The notes under the pieces were generated by a model. That model saw only the letters and a list, made by a program, of their open reading frames with translations, was not told the DNA's origin and made no database searches. DNA of 47,192 nucleotides from Erysipelotrichaceae bacterium (GTDB lineage Bacteria > Bacillota_I > Bacilli_A > RFN20 > CAG-631), in assembly GCA_022767485.1 (NCBI GenBank), contig JALEMY010000023.1:1-47192 (forward strand), in the 5' to 3' direction. This document shows, piece by piece, positions 1 through 9,334 of the stretch (positions within the stretch are counted from its first letter, which is position 1; each line of letters starts with the position of its first letter). The translations under genes were made by a program, and so were the position numbers.

Positions 1-26
1 GTGTTTCCATATAAACTTTGCTTCAT
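1..26 (-). CDS. rlmN: N-terminal fragment of probable 23S rRNA/tRNA methyltransferase RlmN (runs off the window)
   Basis: ATG at 26 gives MKQSLYGN..., resembling RlmN N-termini. It lies directly after rsmB, the usual Firmicute order. Only 8 codons are visible. Confidence 0.45.
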
Positions 27-30
27 AGTT

Positions 31-1401
31 TTATCCCTTTATCATTTTACAAATGTAAAACCCATCAGAATCATAATCACTAGGGAAAATTTGCTTTTCA
101 AAGACCCTTTTAACATCTTTGTGCTTACCTAAAAAAGAAATTATTTGTGAATCATTTTCAAACTTATTTATCGAACATGTGGAATATACTATTTCACCTT
201 TTTCTTTACACATTAAATAAGCCTCTTCTAATAATTTTTGTTGTATTTGACAAATGCTATCTAAATTATCTTTAGTAATTTCATGTAAGATATCTGGTTT
301 TCTTCGAATTACTCCAAGTCCTAAGCATGGAGCATCTAATAAAACTTTATCAAAACTATTTAATAATTTAGTTTTTTCATGAAGTTTTAATGAATCATAG
401 CAAACGCAAGTGATGTTTGAAAGTTTTAATTCACTTAGATATTTTTTCATTATTTCCACACGATGAGGATGAATATCTATCGCTAATACTTTTCCTGTGT
501 TATTCATAAGTTCGCTGATATATTGTGTCTTGCTTCCTGGAGCAGCACACATATCTAATACTTTATCGTTTTCTTTAGGATCTAATACTTCTACAACATA
601 TTGAGATGATTCATCTTGTATGGAAATAAGACCTTGTTTTGCCTCATTAATACTAGCTATAGCCTCACTTCCTTGATAAATCATAGAGTTCTTAGCAAGT
701 TTACCTTCTATAAAATCAGGATTATTTAATAATAATTCTTTGCTAGCTTGATGAATATTAACACGAACAGCAAGTGGAGGTTGTAAAGCATTAGCTTTTA
801 AAATGTTTAATGTTTGCTCTTTTCCATAATGATTTTCCCACATTTTAATAATCCAAATTGGCGTGTTATAGTAAATGCTTAAATATTCATATTCATCTTT
901 AGCATCCTTTCTTTCAAAAGTTAGTTGTTGCCTTTGTGATTCTCTTAAAATAGCGTTTACAAATTTTCCGGTTGCTTCACTTCCAACTTTTCTTGCAATC
1001 CAAACAGCTTCATTTAAAATAGCAAAAGGTGGAATACGATCTAAATATTTTAGTTGATATAAAGACATCAACAAAATAATTTTTGCTTCATCGTTTGGTT
1101 CTTTAACACAAAGTTTATTGATTTCCCATTTTAAAATCATTTCGTGAGATAAAGTGCCATAAACGATATTTGTTAGCAATTTTGCATCTAGAGAATTAAT
1201 GTTATTTTCGCGAATAATATGGTCGATTTCAATGTTTGAAAAGGCCTTTTTAACATAGATATTGTAAAGACATAAATATGTATAATAACGAACATTTTGG
1301 GCTTTATTATCTTTGTTTTCTTGTTTTTTAAAAGGATGTTTTTGTTGAAAATCGTGGGGTTTTTTATTAAAGTTCTTGTTTTTGTTTCTTTGTTTTTCCA
1401 T
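31..1401 (-). CDS. rsmB: 16S rRNA m5C967 methyltransferase RsmB/Sun
   Basis: NusB-like N-domain; motifs IQDESS, LDMCAAPGSKT, LLDAPC, YSTCS; follows priA. Confidence 0.95.
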   Translation of the reverse strand: MEKQRNKNKNFNKKPHDFQQKHPFKKQENKDNKAQNVRYYTYLCLYNIYVKKAFSNIEIDHIIRENNINSLDAKLLTNIVYGTLSHEMILKWEINKLCVKEPNDEAKIILLMSLYQLKYLDRIPPFAILNEAVWIARKVGSEATGKFVNAILRESQRQQLTFERKDAKDEYEYLSIYYNTPIWIIKMWENHYGKEQTLNILKANALQPPLAVRVNIHQASKELLLNNPDFIEGKLAKNSMIYQGSEAIASINEAKQGLISIQDESSQYVVEVLDPKENDKVLDMCAAPGSKTQYISELMNNTGKVLAIDIHPHRVEIMKKYLSELKLSNITCVCYDSLKLHEKTKLLNSFDKVLLDAPCLGLGVIRRKPDILHEITKDNLDSICQIQQKLLEEAYLMCKEKGEIVYSTCSINKFENDSQIISFLGKHKDVKRVFEKQIFPSDYDSDGFYICKMIKG

Positions 1402-1409
1402 AATCTTTC

Positions 1410-3599
1410 CTATAGCATTTGGTATGTATTAATATCATACAAAATACTACATTTCCTTTCTTTTGCTTCGTTTACAAATGTTTTGTTTGCTTCATTAAAT
1501 TTATCGACAATTAAGGATAAATCTTTTGATTTTACAATAATTCTCATTTTGTATTTACCATCTTCTTTAAAGACATATGGGAACGCTGGCCCTAAAAGTT
1601 CAAATTTTTTTTCATTTTTAAGCATTGAAAAAACTTTATCAGATAAAATACAAACTTGATCATTTAATGCACTAGAAATCGTTATTGATGACATATAAGA
1701 AAAAGGTGGATAGTTCATCTTGTGTCTAAACATCATTTCAGTTTGATAAAACAATTCATATTCGTGTTTTGCCGCCATCATTATTGCATAATGATCAGGA
1801 TGATATGTTTGGATGATAACTTCTCCTTGTTTATTTCCTCTTCCAGCTCTACCTGCAACTTGAGATAATAACTCAAAAGTCATTTCAGCACTTCTAAAAT
1901 CAGCTATAGCAAGAGTAATATCTGCATCGATAACACCAACTAAAGTAACATCATGAAAATCAAGCCCTTTTGCTACCATTTGCGTTCCAAGCAAGATGTT
2001 ATAATCTTCATTTTTAAATTTTTCAAGTATTTTTAAATGGCCATTTTTTACGCTAGTAGTATCATTATCCATTCTTAAAAGCTTAGCTTTATCATATCTA
2101 TTTTCGATGATTTCTTCAATTTTTTGTGTCCCACTTCCCATAAATAAAAATTCTTTATTATTGCATTTAGGACATATATGATTAAAAAACACTTCATAAT
2201 TACAATAATGGCACTTAAATTTGTTGCCGTTTTTATGATAACTTAAAGAAAGTTCACAATTTGGACATTTAAACATATATCCGCATTGCCTACAAGAAAC
2301 ATATGGTGAATAGCCTCTACGATTGTGAAGTAAAATTATTTTTTCTTTATTGTTTAATCTTCTATTTATTTCATAATCAAGAGAATAGGAAATAAGTGGT
2401 GAAAAGTCGCTAACTTCTTCTCTCATATTTATAATATGAGTAGTTGGTAATTCGTGATTATTAGCTCTTTTTCTTAAATAAACTATTTGATAAACACCTT
2501 TCATTGCTCTTGCTTTGCTTTCAAAACTTGGAGTTGCACTACCTAAAACAACTTTGGCATTAAAGCTTTTTGCTCTTTTTATAGCAATGTCTTTAGCATG
2601 ATAAGTTGGGGCTTTATCTTGTTTATAACTAGTCGATTGTTCTTCATCTAAAATGATAATACCAATGTTTTTAAGTGGAGCAAAAATTGCACTTCTTGCC
2701 CCAATTACTACATTGACTTCCTGATTTTTAATTCTATCGTATTGTCTTTGCTTTTCTTTTGCTGATAAAGAGCCATGTAAAATAGCAATGTTTTCAAATT
2801 TATCTTTAAATCTTTTAATAATCATTGGGGTTAAAGATATTTCTGGCACCAAAACAATTGCAGTTTTATTTTTATTAACATAGTGTTCTACAAGTTTAAT
2901 ATATACTTCCGTTTTTCCACTTCCAGTAACTCCTTGAAGTAAAAACACATCTTTTTGTGAGGAAATGATTTTTTCATACGCATTATTTTGTTCTTCGTTT
3001 AGTGTAATTGTTTTCGTTTCTTTTTGATATTCTTTGAAGTAATCATCCTCGACTTTAATTTCTAAAATATCAATTAACTCTTGCTTTTTAAGTGCACTTA
3101 CTATCCAAACTGGTAAATCCTTTAATAAGATTCCTTTTTCTTCAATTATTTTCTTAGCCCACATTGCTTGAGTTTTAGTAAGATTAGCTAAATTGGCATT
3201 TTCTTTGATAAAAATCTTTTTGATTTTTTTATATGTAATTTTCTTTAATGATGTTTTAGATGGCTTATAAGATGGTGGTAAAATAGTTTGTAAACAACTA
3301 ATTAAAGGAGTTACATATTGATAAGACATATACTTTGCTAACGATAATAATTCATCATTTAATATTGGTTTATCATCCAATACATCATAAATGTATTTAT
3401 AGTTGATGTTATCTTGAATGCAAAGTTGTTCAAATGAAGCATTTGAATGTTTAACATCAATGACGTAGGCCACAATATTTTGGTGGTTGAAAGGTACATA
3501 GACACGGCAACCAACAAAAACATCGATTTGGTCATCACAAACGTATGTAAATGGTGTATTAAAAAGAGAATATTCTACTAAAACACTCAAAATTTTCAT
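1410..3599 (-). CDS. priA: Primosomal protein N' (replication restart helicase)
   Basis: GVTGSGKTEVY Walker A, GARSA, DEEQ, CxxC zinc-binding clusters, GTQMVAKGLDF, QVAGRAGR. Confidence 0.97.
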   Translation of the reverse strand: MKILSVLVEYSLFNTPFTYVCDDQIDVFVGCRVYVPFNHQNIVAYVIDVKHSNASFEQLCIQDNINYKYIYDVLDDKPILNDELLSLAKYMSYQYVTPLISCLQTILPPSYKPSKTSLKKITYKKIKKIFIKENANLANLTKTQAMWAKKIIEEKGILLKDLPVWIVSALKKQELIDILEIKVEDDYFKEYQKETKTITLNEEQNNAYEKIISSQKDVFLLQGVTGSGKTEVYIKLVEHYVNKNKTAIVLVPEISLTPMIIKRFKDKFENIAILHGSLSAKEKQRQYDRIKNQEVNVVIGARSAIFAPLKNIGIIILDEEQSTSYKQDKAPTYHAKDIAIKRAKSFNAKVVLGSATPSFESKARAMKGVYQIVYLRKRANNHELPTTHIINMREEVSDFSPLISYSLDYEINRRLNNKEKIILLHNRRGYSPYVSCRQCGYMFKCPNCELSLSYHKNGNKFKCHYCNYEVFFNHICPKCNNKEFLFMGSGTQKIEEIIENRYDKAKLLRMDNDTTSVKNGHLKILEKFKNEDYNILLGTQMVAKGLDFHDVTLVGVIDADITLAIADFRSAEMTFELLSQVAGRAGRGNKQGEVIIQTYHPDHYAIMMAAKHEYELFYQTEMMFRHKMNYPPFSYMSSITISSALNDQVCILSDKVFSMLKNEKKFELLGPAFPYVFKEDGKYKMRIIVKSKDLSLIVDKFNEANKTFVNEAKERKCSILYDINTYQML

Positions 3600-3627
3600 A
3601 GTTTAAAAAAGGCAGGATTTGCCCTAC

Positions 3628-4191
3628 CTAATTCTTATTCACTCCTTTTATTATATCGATGATAGCTTTACTTGCATTTTCGATAGTATCATTAACTACA
3701 ACATATTTATAATTTTTTTGAAGTTGCATTTCAACTTTAGCTTTTGACAATCTTTGTTGAACAATATCTTCAGGTTCACTTCTTCTACCACGGATTCTTT
3801 TTTCAAGTTCTTCAAAAGAAGGGGGAACCATAAAAATAGTAATGGCTTCTGGACATTTTTTCATCACTTGTTTTGCCCCTTGAACTTCGATTTCTAGCAA
3901 GACATTTTTTCCTTGATTTAATAAATCATCTATTGCTTTTTTTGGTGTTCCATAGTAATTGTCAACAAAAACAGCATACTCTAATAACTCGTCATTTTTA
4001 ATAGCATTTTCAAAATATTCTCTGCTAACAAAAAAGTAATGAACACCATTAATCTCACCATTTCTAGGGGCCCTAGTAGTATATGAAATAGAATAAGTCA
4101 AGTTCACTTCTTTATCACTTAAAATGCTTTCTCTAACAGTGCCTTTGCCAACTCCACTTGGTCCACTAAGAATAAACAATTTTCCTTTCAT
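3628..4191 (-). CDS. gmk: Guanylate kinase
   Basis: SGPSGVGKGT P-loop, SYTTRAPR, YYGT. Start reassigned to ATG 4191 (MKGKLF) behind an AGGA RBS. Confidence 0.96.
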   Translation of the reverse strand: MKGKLFILSGPSGVGKGTVRESILSDKEVNLTYSISYTTRAPRNGEINGVHYFFVSREYFENAIKNDELLEYAVFVDNYYGTPKKAIDDLLNQGKNVLLEIEVQGAKQVMKKCPEAITIFMVPPSFEELEKRIRGRRSEPEDIVQQRLSKAKVEMQLQKNYKYVVVNDTIENASKAIIDIIKGVNKN

Positions 4192-4347
4192 AGATAATGT
4201 CCTTTCTAAAAAAGTAAATATTTTATATTTACAATTTTTTCCATTATAGCACACTACACAATTAAAATACAATGATAAAGGCGATAATTTTAGTGGAAGA
4301 TGACACATTTTTGTAGTATAATATTTTAAAAGATTGGGTGATTAACT

Positions 4348-5931
4348 ATGGCCTTTGATTATTTTGTTTTTAAAAGATTAATTGAACTAATAAAAAATAA
4401 AGTTGAAAATGGAAAAATCGTTAAGATAAGTCAAATATCAAACGAAGAATTTTTATTTACTATTAGGAAAGATAATGAAAATAATCACCTATTAATTTCT
4501 ACTCATCCTAATATGAGTTATATAAATATTGTTGATAATAAACCCTTGAGCAATCATGTGACTAGTAATATTTTAATGCTTTTTAGAAAGCATTTGGAAA
4601 ATGGAACAATCAGCTCTATAAGTCAAGAAAATGATGATAGAATTGCGCTTTTTATGATTGCAAATCGCGATGATTATTATCGAAATACCATCCATAAATT
4701 ATATGTTGAATTGATTGGTAGAGCATCTAATATGATCCTTACTAATCAAGATAATGTCATCATAGATTCACTAAAAAAGATTCCTTTAGAATATTTAAAT
4801 TTAAGAACGATTCAACCAGGAATAAAATACGTTTTACCCGATAAACCACTTAATTCTTCATTACCTTATGATATTGAAAATGAATTAAACTATCGCAATA
4901 TTTCCCTTGAAAAATTGATGGATGAAATAGCAAAATCAAGCCAAATTTATATCGTAAAAAACGGTAAAAAGAGCAATTTTCATTTCATTCCCTTCACTTT
5001 TATTAAAGGAGAAATAACTTCATATTCATGGAATGAAGGATTAGAGAAATATTATGATAGTAGTTTAAAAAACGAAAGGCACCGTCAAGTTGTTGCAAAT
5101 TTAGAAAAGTTTGTAAATAGAGAATTAAAAAAGTGTAAAAGTAAAATTGAAAAATTGCAAATTGAACTTTTAAACGCTAAAAGTGCGAACATATATAAAT
5201 ACTATGGTGACTTACTTTTAACTTATATGCAAGGCAAAAAAATATATGATGATGTTGTTTGCGTGTTAGATGAAGAAAAAAACGAAGAAGTACGTATTCC
5301 TTTTGATCGCAAATACAATGTTTATGCAAATGCTTCAATGTATTATAAAAAATATCAAAAATCTAAAGTTGCAACGGTAAAAATTGGAGAACAAATTCAA
5401 ATTTTATCCGATCAAATTGAGTATTTTAATACTTTGCATTTTCAACTTATAAATGCCGATGCAATAATCGTTTCACAAATTAATGAAGAATTGGAAGAAC
5501 AAGGATATTTTAGAAAGATAAAAACACAAAATAAAAAAAATAAGACAGGAAAGAAAAAAGTTTATCGACCACTTGCAATCAAGTATCATGATACTATGAT
5601 TTATGTTGGGTTAAATAATCTTCAAAACGAGTATTTGACATTTTCTATGGCTAAAAAAACACATATGTTTTTCCATATTCAACAAGGACCTGGATCTCAT
5701 GTTGTTGTCTTTTCTGATAATATCACTGATGATATTAAAATGATGGCTGCAAATATAGCAGCATATTATTCATCATATAAAGATTCTTCTACTGTTGCTG
5801 TAAATTATACATTAATAAAAAATATAAAAAAAATTCCGGGTGGAAAACCCGGAAAAGTTATAATCAATAATCAAAAGACAGTTTATGTCGATCCAGATTA
5901 TTTACTTTTTAAAGATTTTATCTTGGATTAG
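4348..5931 (+). CDS. rqcH: Ribosome quality control protein RqcH (NFACT/FbpA family)
   Basis: MAFD start, NFACT-N motifs (RKHLE, DDRI, ELIGRASN), coiled coil, NFACT-R domain (FFH..GPGSHV, AAYYS, PGGKPGKV). Confidence 0.92.
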   Translation: MAFDYFVFKRLIELIKNKVENGKIVKISQISNEEFLFTIRKDNENNHLLISTHPNMSYINIVDNKPLSNHVTSNILMLFRKHLENGTISSISQENDDRIALFMIANRDDYYRNTIHKLYVELIGRASNMILTNQDNVIIDSLKKIPLEYLNLRTIQPGIKYVLPDKPLNSSLPYDIENELNYRNISLEKLMDEIAKSSQIYIVKNGKKSNFHFIPFTFIKGEITSYSWNEGLEKYYDSSLKNERHRQVVANLEKFVNRELKKCKSKIEKLQIELLNAKSANIYKYYGDLLLTYMQGKKIYDDVVCVLDEEKNEEVRIPFDRKYNVYANASMYYKKYQKSKVATVKIGEQIQILSDQIEYFNTLHFQLINADAIIVSQINEELEEQGYFRKIKTQNKKNKTGKKKVYRPLAIKYHDTMIYVGLNNLQNEYLTFSMAKKTHMFFHIQQGPGSHVVVFSDNITDDIKMMAANIAAYYSSYKDSSTVAVNYTLIKNIKKIPGGKPGKVIINNQKTVYVDPDYLLFKDFILD

Positions 5932-6157
5932 TTTGGTTCATAGATGTTCCATGACATACGTCTTCCATCGATGTAGTTTGTGAATATTGATATACATATC
6001 TAGGCACATAATGATTGATAACATGTGTTCTAACAGGTATTACAACTGGTTGATTGTAATAATATGTGCAATGTGTGCATACAACTCTTTCAGGACATAC
6101 AATTGGAGTTATATTACATGGAGTATTGCATCCACAATGTTTATATGAATTGTTCAT
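5918..6157 (-). CDS. CotD-like spore coat protein (Cys/His/Tyr-rich)
   Basis: PIVCP..V..H......P.V.P..T...NH.....Y....T.S pattern typical of the CotD family; strong AAGGAGG RBS. Confidence 0.65.
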   Translation of the reverse strand: MNNSYKHCGCNTPCNITPIVCPERVVCTHCTYYYNQPVVIPVRTHVINHYVPRYVYQYSQTTSMEDVCHGTSMNQTNPR

Positions 6158-6178
6158 TTATTTCCCTCCTTAACTTAT

Positions 6179-6217
6179 AAAGGCTATAGTGGTTTTTATC
6201 TATAGCCTTGTTTTTTT
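6179..6217 (+). terminator. Intrinsic terminator oriented on the + strand (probably ends the rqcH transcript)
   Basis: AAGGCTATAG/CTATAGCCTT perfect 10-bp stem followed by GTTTTTTT on +. Only a short T-run on -. Confidence 0.6.
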
Positions 6218-6220
6218 ATA

Positions 6221-6313
6221 TTAAACAGCCCACCAAGCGCCGATGATGACAAGTAAAATGAATAGGACAAGGAATAAAGCAAATCCGCCACCATTACCAT
6301 TTTGTAAAAACAT
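6221..6313 (-). CDS. YjcZ/SscA-family small sporulation membrane protein, 30 aa (not in ORF track)
   Basis: Manual translation MFLQNGNGGGFALFLVLFILLVIIGAWWAV; family signature F.L..VLFILL.IIG; AAAGGAGG RBS. Confidence 0.88.
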   Translation of the reverse strand: MFLQNGNGGGFALFLVLFILLVIIGAWWAV

Positions 6314-6359
6314 TATTTTTTCCTCCTTTCATAGTTATGATGTTATATAAAAAATCTAT

Positions 6360-6503
6360 TTAGTATAGATAAATTGATCCGATGATTACTAGTAAAATAA
6401 ATAAAACTAGAATTAAAACAAAACTTGTATTGAAACCACTATTACATGTACATGATGGAGCGCTAGTTACACTTTGGCATCCACAGCCATTTTGATTGTT
6501 CAT
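6360..6503 (-). CDS. YjcZ/SscA-family small sporulation membrane protein, 47 aa, Cys-rich N-terminus (not in ORF track)
   Basis: Manual translation MNNQNGCGCQSVTSAPSCTCNSGFNTSFVLILVLFILLVIIGSIYLY; AAAGGAGG RBS. Confidence 0.88.
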   Translation of the reverse strand: MNNQNGCGCQSVTSAPSCTCNSGFNTSFVLILVLFILLVIIGSIYLY

Positions 6504-6525
6504 ACTCTCCCTCCTTTTCTATAAT

Positions 6526-6552
6526 ATAATATGTTGATTTTAGCAAATGGTT
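6526..6552 (-). promoter_or_regulatory. Candidate sigma-K-type promoter for the YjcZ-YjcZ-CotD locus
   Basis: Minus strand reads aAC-N16-CATATTAT, resembling the AC...CATAnnnT consensus. Short motif in AT-rich DNA. Confidence 0.4.
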
Positions 6553-6558
6553 CATAAG

Positions 6559-6589
6559 AAAAAAAGTATGTAACATAGTTACACACTTT
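6559..6589 (-). terminator. Intrinsic terminator after the HU-like gene
   Basis: Minus strand AAAGTGTGTAAC-TAT-GTTACATACTTT followed by a T-run. Confidence 0.7.
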
Positions 6590-6605
6590 CATTATTGATA
6601 GGATA

Positions 6606-7166
6606 TTAGTTAATGATAAAATCAAATGAGTCTTCTTTTTCAGTTATTGTACAAGTTGTTCTTTCAGCTTTCATCATTTTTTCTTTAATGATTTCAACTG
6701 ATTTTGCTACATTTTCTTCACTAAGGTTAGTTTTTGCTTTTAAAGCTTCAATAACCTTATCAGTTGTTAAAGTTTCACCATTTAAAACCCATGCTAATCC
6801 ATCACTAGGAACTTCTGCAACAACTTCTTCTTTATTATCTTTAACTTCTACATCAACTTGAGTAACAACATCATCATCTTCTACTTCGATTGGCTCTGGT
6901 TTAGGATCTATTTCAAAATATGGGCGAAAAACAACAACATTGTGTTCAGGGACAATTTCAACTTGTTGTGTAACTAAGTTTACTTGTTCCTTAGCAGCAG
7001 TTTTTCTTAATTTGAAAACACCAAGGCCAGAGATTTTAACTGATTCTTCAGGACTGATTTGTTCTCTAATATAATCAAAAACACAATCATAATAAACTTT
7101 AGCTTCTTTTTTAGTGCATCCTGTTTTTGCAACTATAATCTCAATCCATTCTTTTTGCTTAAGCAT
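6606..7166 (-). CDS. HU/IHF-family DNA-binding protein with acidic linker and C-terminal extension
   Basis: N-terminal ~90 aa has the HU layout (IVAKTGCTKKEA, VKISGLGVF, VVFRP), followed by about 95 extra residues. Confidence 0.85.
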   Translation of the reverse strand: MLKQKEWIEIIVAKTGCTKKEAKVYYDCVFDYIREQISPEESVKISGLGVFKLRKTAAKEQVNLVTQQVEIVPEHNVVVFRPYFEIDPKPEPIEVEDDDVVTQVDVEVKDNKEEVVAEVPSDGLAWVLNGETLTTDKVIEALKAKTNLSEENVAKSVEIIKEKMMKAERTTCTITEKEDSFDFIIN

Positions 7167-7406
7167 GTATTATCCTCTCTTTTCTTATTGTTGTCTAAAA
7201 TATATCACGAAATCTCGCTCAATGCAACATTTTTTTCGATAAAAACAACACTTTTGTTAATATTTTATGCATGTGGAATAAAGAAATGCTATTTTTGGTG
7301 TATAATAATTATATATTATATATATAAATATTATTTTTTTGTTGAAATATATTTTGAATTATTATATAATATAAATCGCAATGTTAAAAAGGAGGCTTTT
7401 CATTAT

Positions 7407-9317
7407 ATGAAAAAGAAACTAGCAATGGTAACAATGTTGCTTTCTACATCATTAATTGCTGCTGGATGTAATAGCAATGAGGTTACTCTTAAAGAAAACA
7501 GTGATGGTAAATCAATTATATTCACTATCAAAAATGGCGATAAGGTAGAAGAATATACAGCTGATGATTTACTAAAAGACTTGCAAGATAGTAGCACTGC
7601 TAAATCTAAGTTATATTCTGAAGTTTCAAGACAAGTATTTACAAAATATGCAATGTCAACTTTAGATGAAAACAAAATCAATACAATTAGAAACAACGCT
7701 TCACTTGATATCGATGAATTTAAAGATAATTGTTCAGCTGAAGCTAAAGAAGAAGGTACTGACTATGACAAGTATCTTGAATCAAAACTTGAAGCAAACG
7801 GAGTTGAAACATTAGAAGAATTAGAAGCATTATATTTCTATAATGGCCTAAAAGATGAAATTTTAGAAGACTTCGTTGAAGACGGACATTATGAATATTT
7901 CCTACAAAAATATTTAGACACTTACACTCCATTCCAAGTTAAACACGTATTAGTTGCAGCAAATACTGCTGATACAAAATATAAAGATGGAACAATGAGT
8001 GCCGATAATGCAAGAAAGTTATTAAATATCATGGATCGTTTCCTTGATGGTGCTTCATTTGATTCAGTTGCTGAATTAACTGATGATACATCAAGTAAAG
8101 ATAATGGTGGTATTATGCCATTTAACGAAGCTCAATCATATGTTTCAGAATTTAGATTTGCAACATATGCTCAAGAAATCTTCGCAAATAACACTTCTTT
8201 AGATGATAGATATCAAGTAGCAGCAGATTTACACGTTATCAACGATGATGAATCTTCAACTGACTATGTATCTAAAGATGATTTTAAAGAATCAAATTTA
8301 TATTCAGTTTATGAAAACGGAATCGAATCAATTAAAGTATCAGAAATCTTAAAATTAAAAGGTGATGTTACATCTACTATGGCTGGTGCTTACAATTATT
8401 TCGATGAACATGGTAATGAAAAAGGAAATGATATCCCTTCAATTGCTGAACAGCCATATGAAATGAATGTAAATAAATATGATGATAATGGTGAATTAAA
8501 CAAAAAGTATTATGAAGAGTATGAACTTGAAAGAAATCAAATCTTCAATAGAACTTTAAACTCACATAAAGTACAATACATTGAACTTGATGGTGCTTAC
8601 GCCAACACTGTTAATTCAACAACAATTAAAGTATACGATCGCGCAACAAACGCTTTAGTTGATAAGAAAGTTCTTGCTGAAAGAGAAAACGGAAATCCAA
8701 TTTTCTTTGCTTTAGCATCAACTGGTATTCACTTTATGTCAATGGTTTGGAATACATACAATCCACAATCAGTAGCAATTCTTCCTGAAACATTAAATGC
8801 TTTATCTAAAACAATTTGTGAAAAATATAATATTAATGTATCATCTAACGATTATGCAACTGCAGCTAAAAATTATACTGAAGCAGGTTATGATTATGAT
8901 AAAGAATTAAATTATGCATACTTTACTTTATATGATAGTGGAGATACAGACTTATCTGCATACAAGTACACTTATATTGGTAGAAATGGTGCATATAAAT
9001 CAAAGAGTGCATTAACAAAAGAAAGCGATAATTTATTATCAGATATTTCAAGTTATGCTTCATATCTTGAATACTATATTTTCGATGCAATTGTATACCA
9101 AGACAATTCTGAATTAATTAAAGATGTAAATTACACTGTTTCTTTCTATGATGAAAGTTTAAATGATATGGTTAAAGAATATGTTCAAGACAATTTAAAG
9201 AGTACAGATGAATCATACACATCATCTGTTCAGTCTGCAGCAGAGACTTATGGCTCAAAATTAGCTCGTGAACAAGAAGTAAAATCGGCATTAGATAATT
9301 GGAAGTTTAATGGTTAA
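7407..9317 (+). CDS. Large PrsA-like lipoprotein with parvulin-type PPIase motifs (636 aa)
   Basis: Start moved to ATG 7407 (AAGGAGG RBS); lipobox LIAAGC; parvulin motifs VKHVLV, FDSVA..TDDTSSKDNGG, SEFRFA, STGIHF. Confidence 0.75.
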   Translation: MKKKLAMVTMLLSTSLIAAGCNSNEVTLKENSDGKSIIFTIKNGDKVEEYTADDLLKDLQDSSTAKSKLYSEVSRQVFTKYAMSTLDENKINTIRNNASLDIDEFKDNCSAEAKEEGTDYDKYLESKLEANGVETLEELEALYFYNGLKDEILEDFVEDGHYEYFLQKYLDTYTPFQVKHVLVAANTADTKYKDGTMSADNARKLLNIMDRFLDGASFDSVAELTDDTSSKDNGGIMPFNEAQSYVSEFRFATYAQEIFANNTSLDDRYQVAADLHVINDDESSTDYVSKDDFKESNLYSVYENGIESIKVSEILKLKGDVTSTMAGAYNYFDEHGNEKGNDIPSIAEQPYEMNVNKYDDNGELNKKYYEEYELERNQIFNRTLNSHKVQYIELDGAYANTVNSTTIKVYDRATNALVDKKVLAERENGNPIFFALASTGIHFMSMVWNTYNPQSVAILPETLNALSKTICEKYNINVSSNDYATAAKNYTEAGYDYDKELNYAYFTLYDSGDTDLSAYKYTYIGRNGAYKSKSALTKESDNLLSDISSYASYLEYYIFDAIVYQDNSELIKDVNYTVSFYDESLNDMVKEYVQDNLKSTDESYTSSVQSAAETYGSKLAREQEVKSALDNWKFNG

Positions 9318-9334
9318 TAAGGAGGACAACAAGA

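Noticed and set aside
4192-4308. N-terminal extension of gmk
   Set aside because: It covers the divergent promoter region. Homology and the RBS point to 4191.
7059-7406. N-terminal 116 codons of the 752-aa ORF
   Set aside because: It overlaps the divergent HU gene and AT-rich promoter DNA. The RBS and lipoprotein signal start at 7407.
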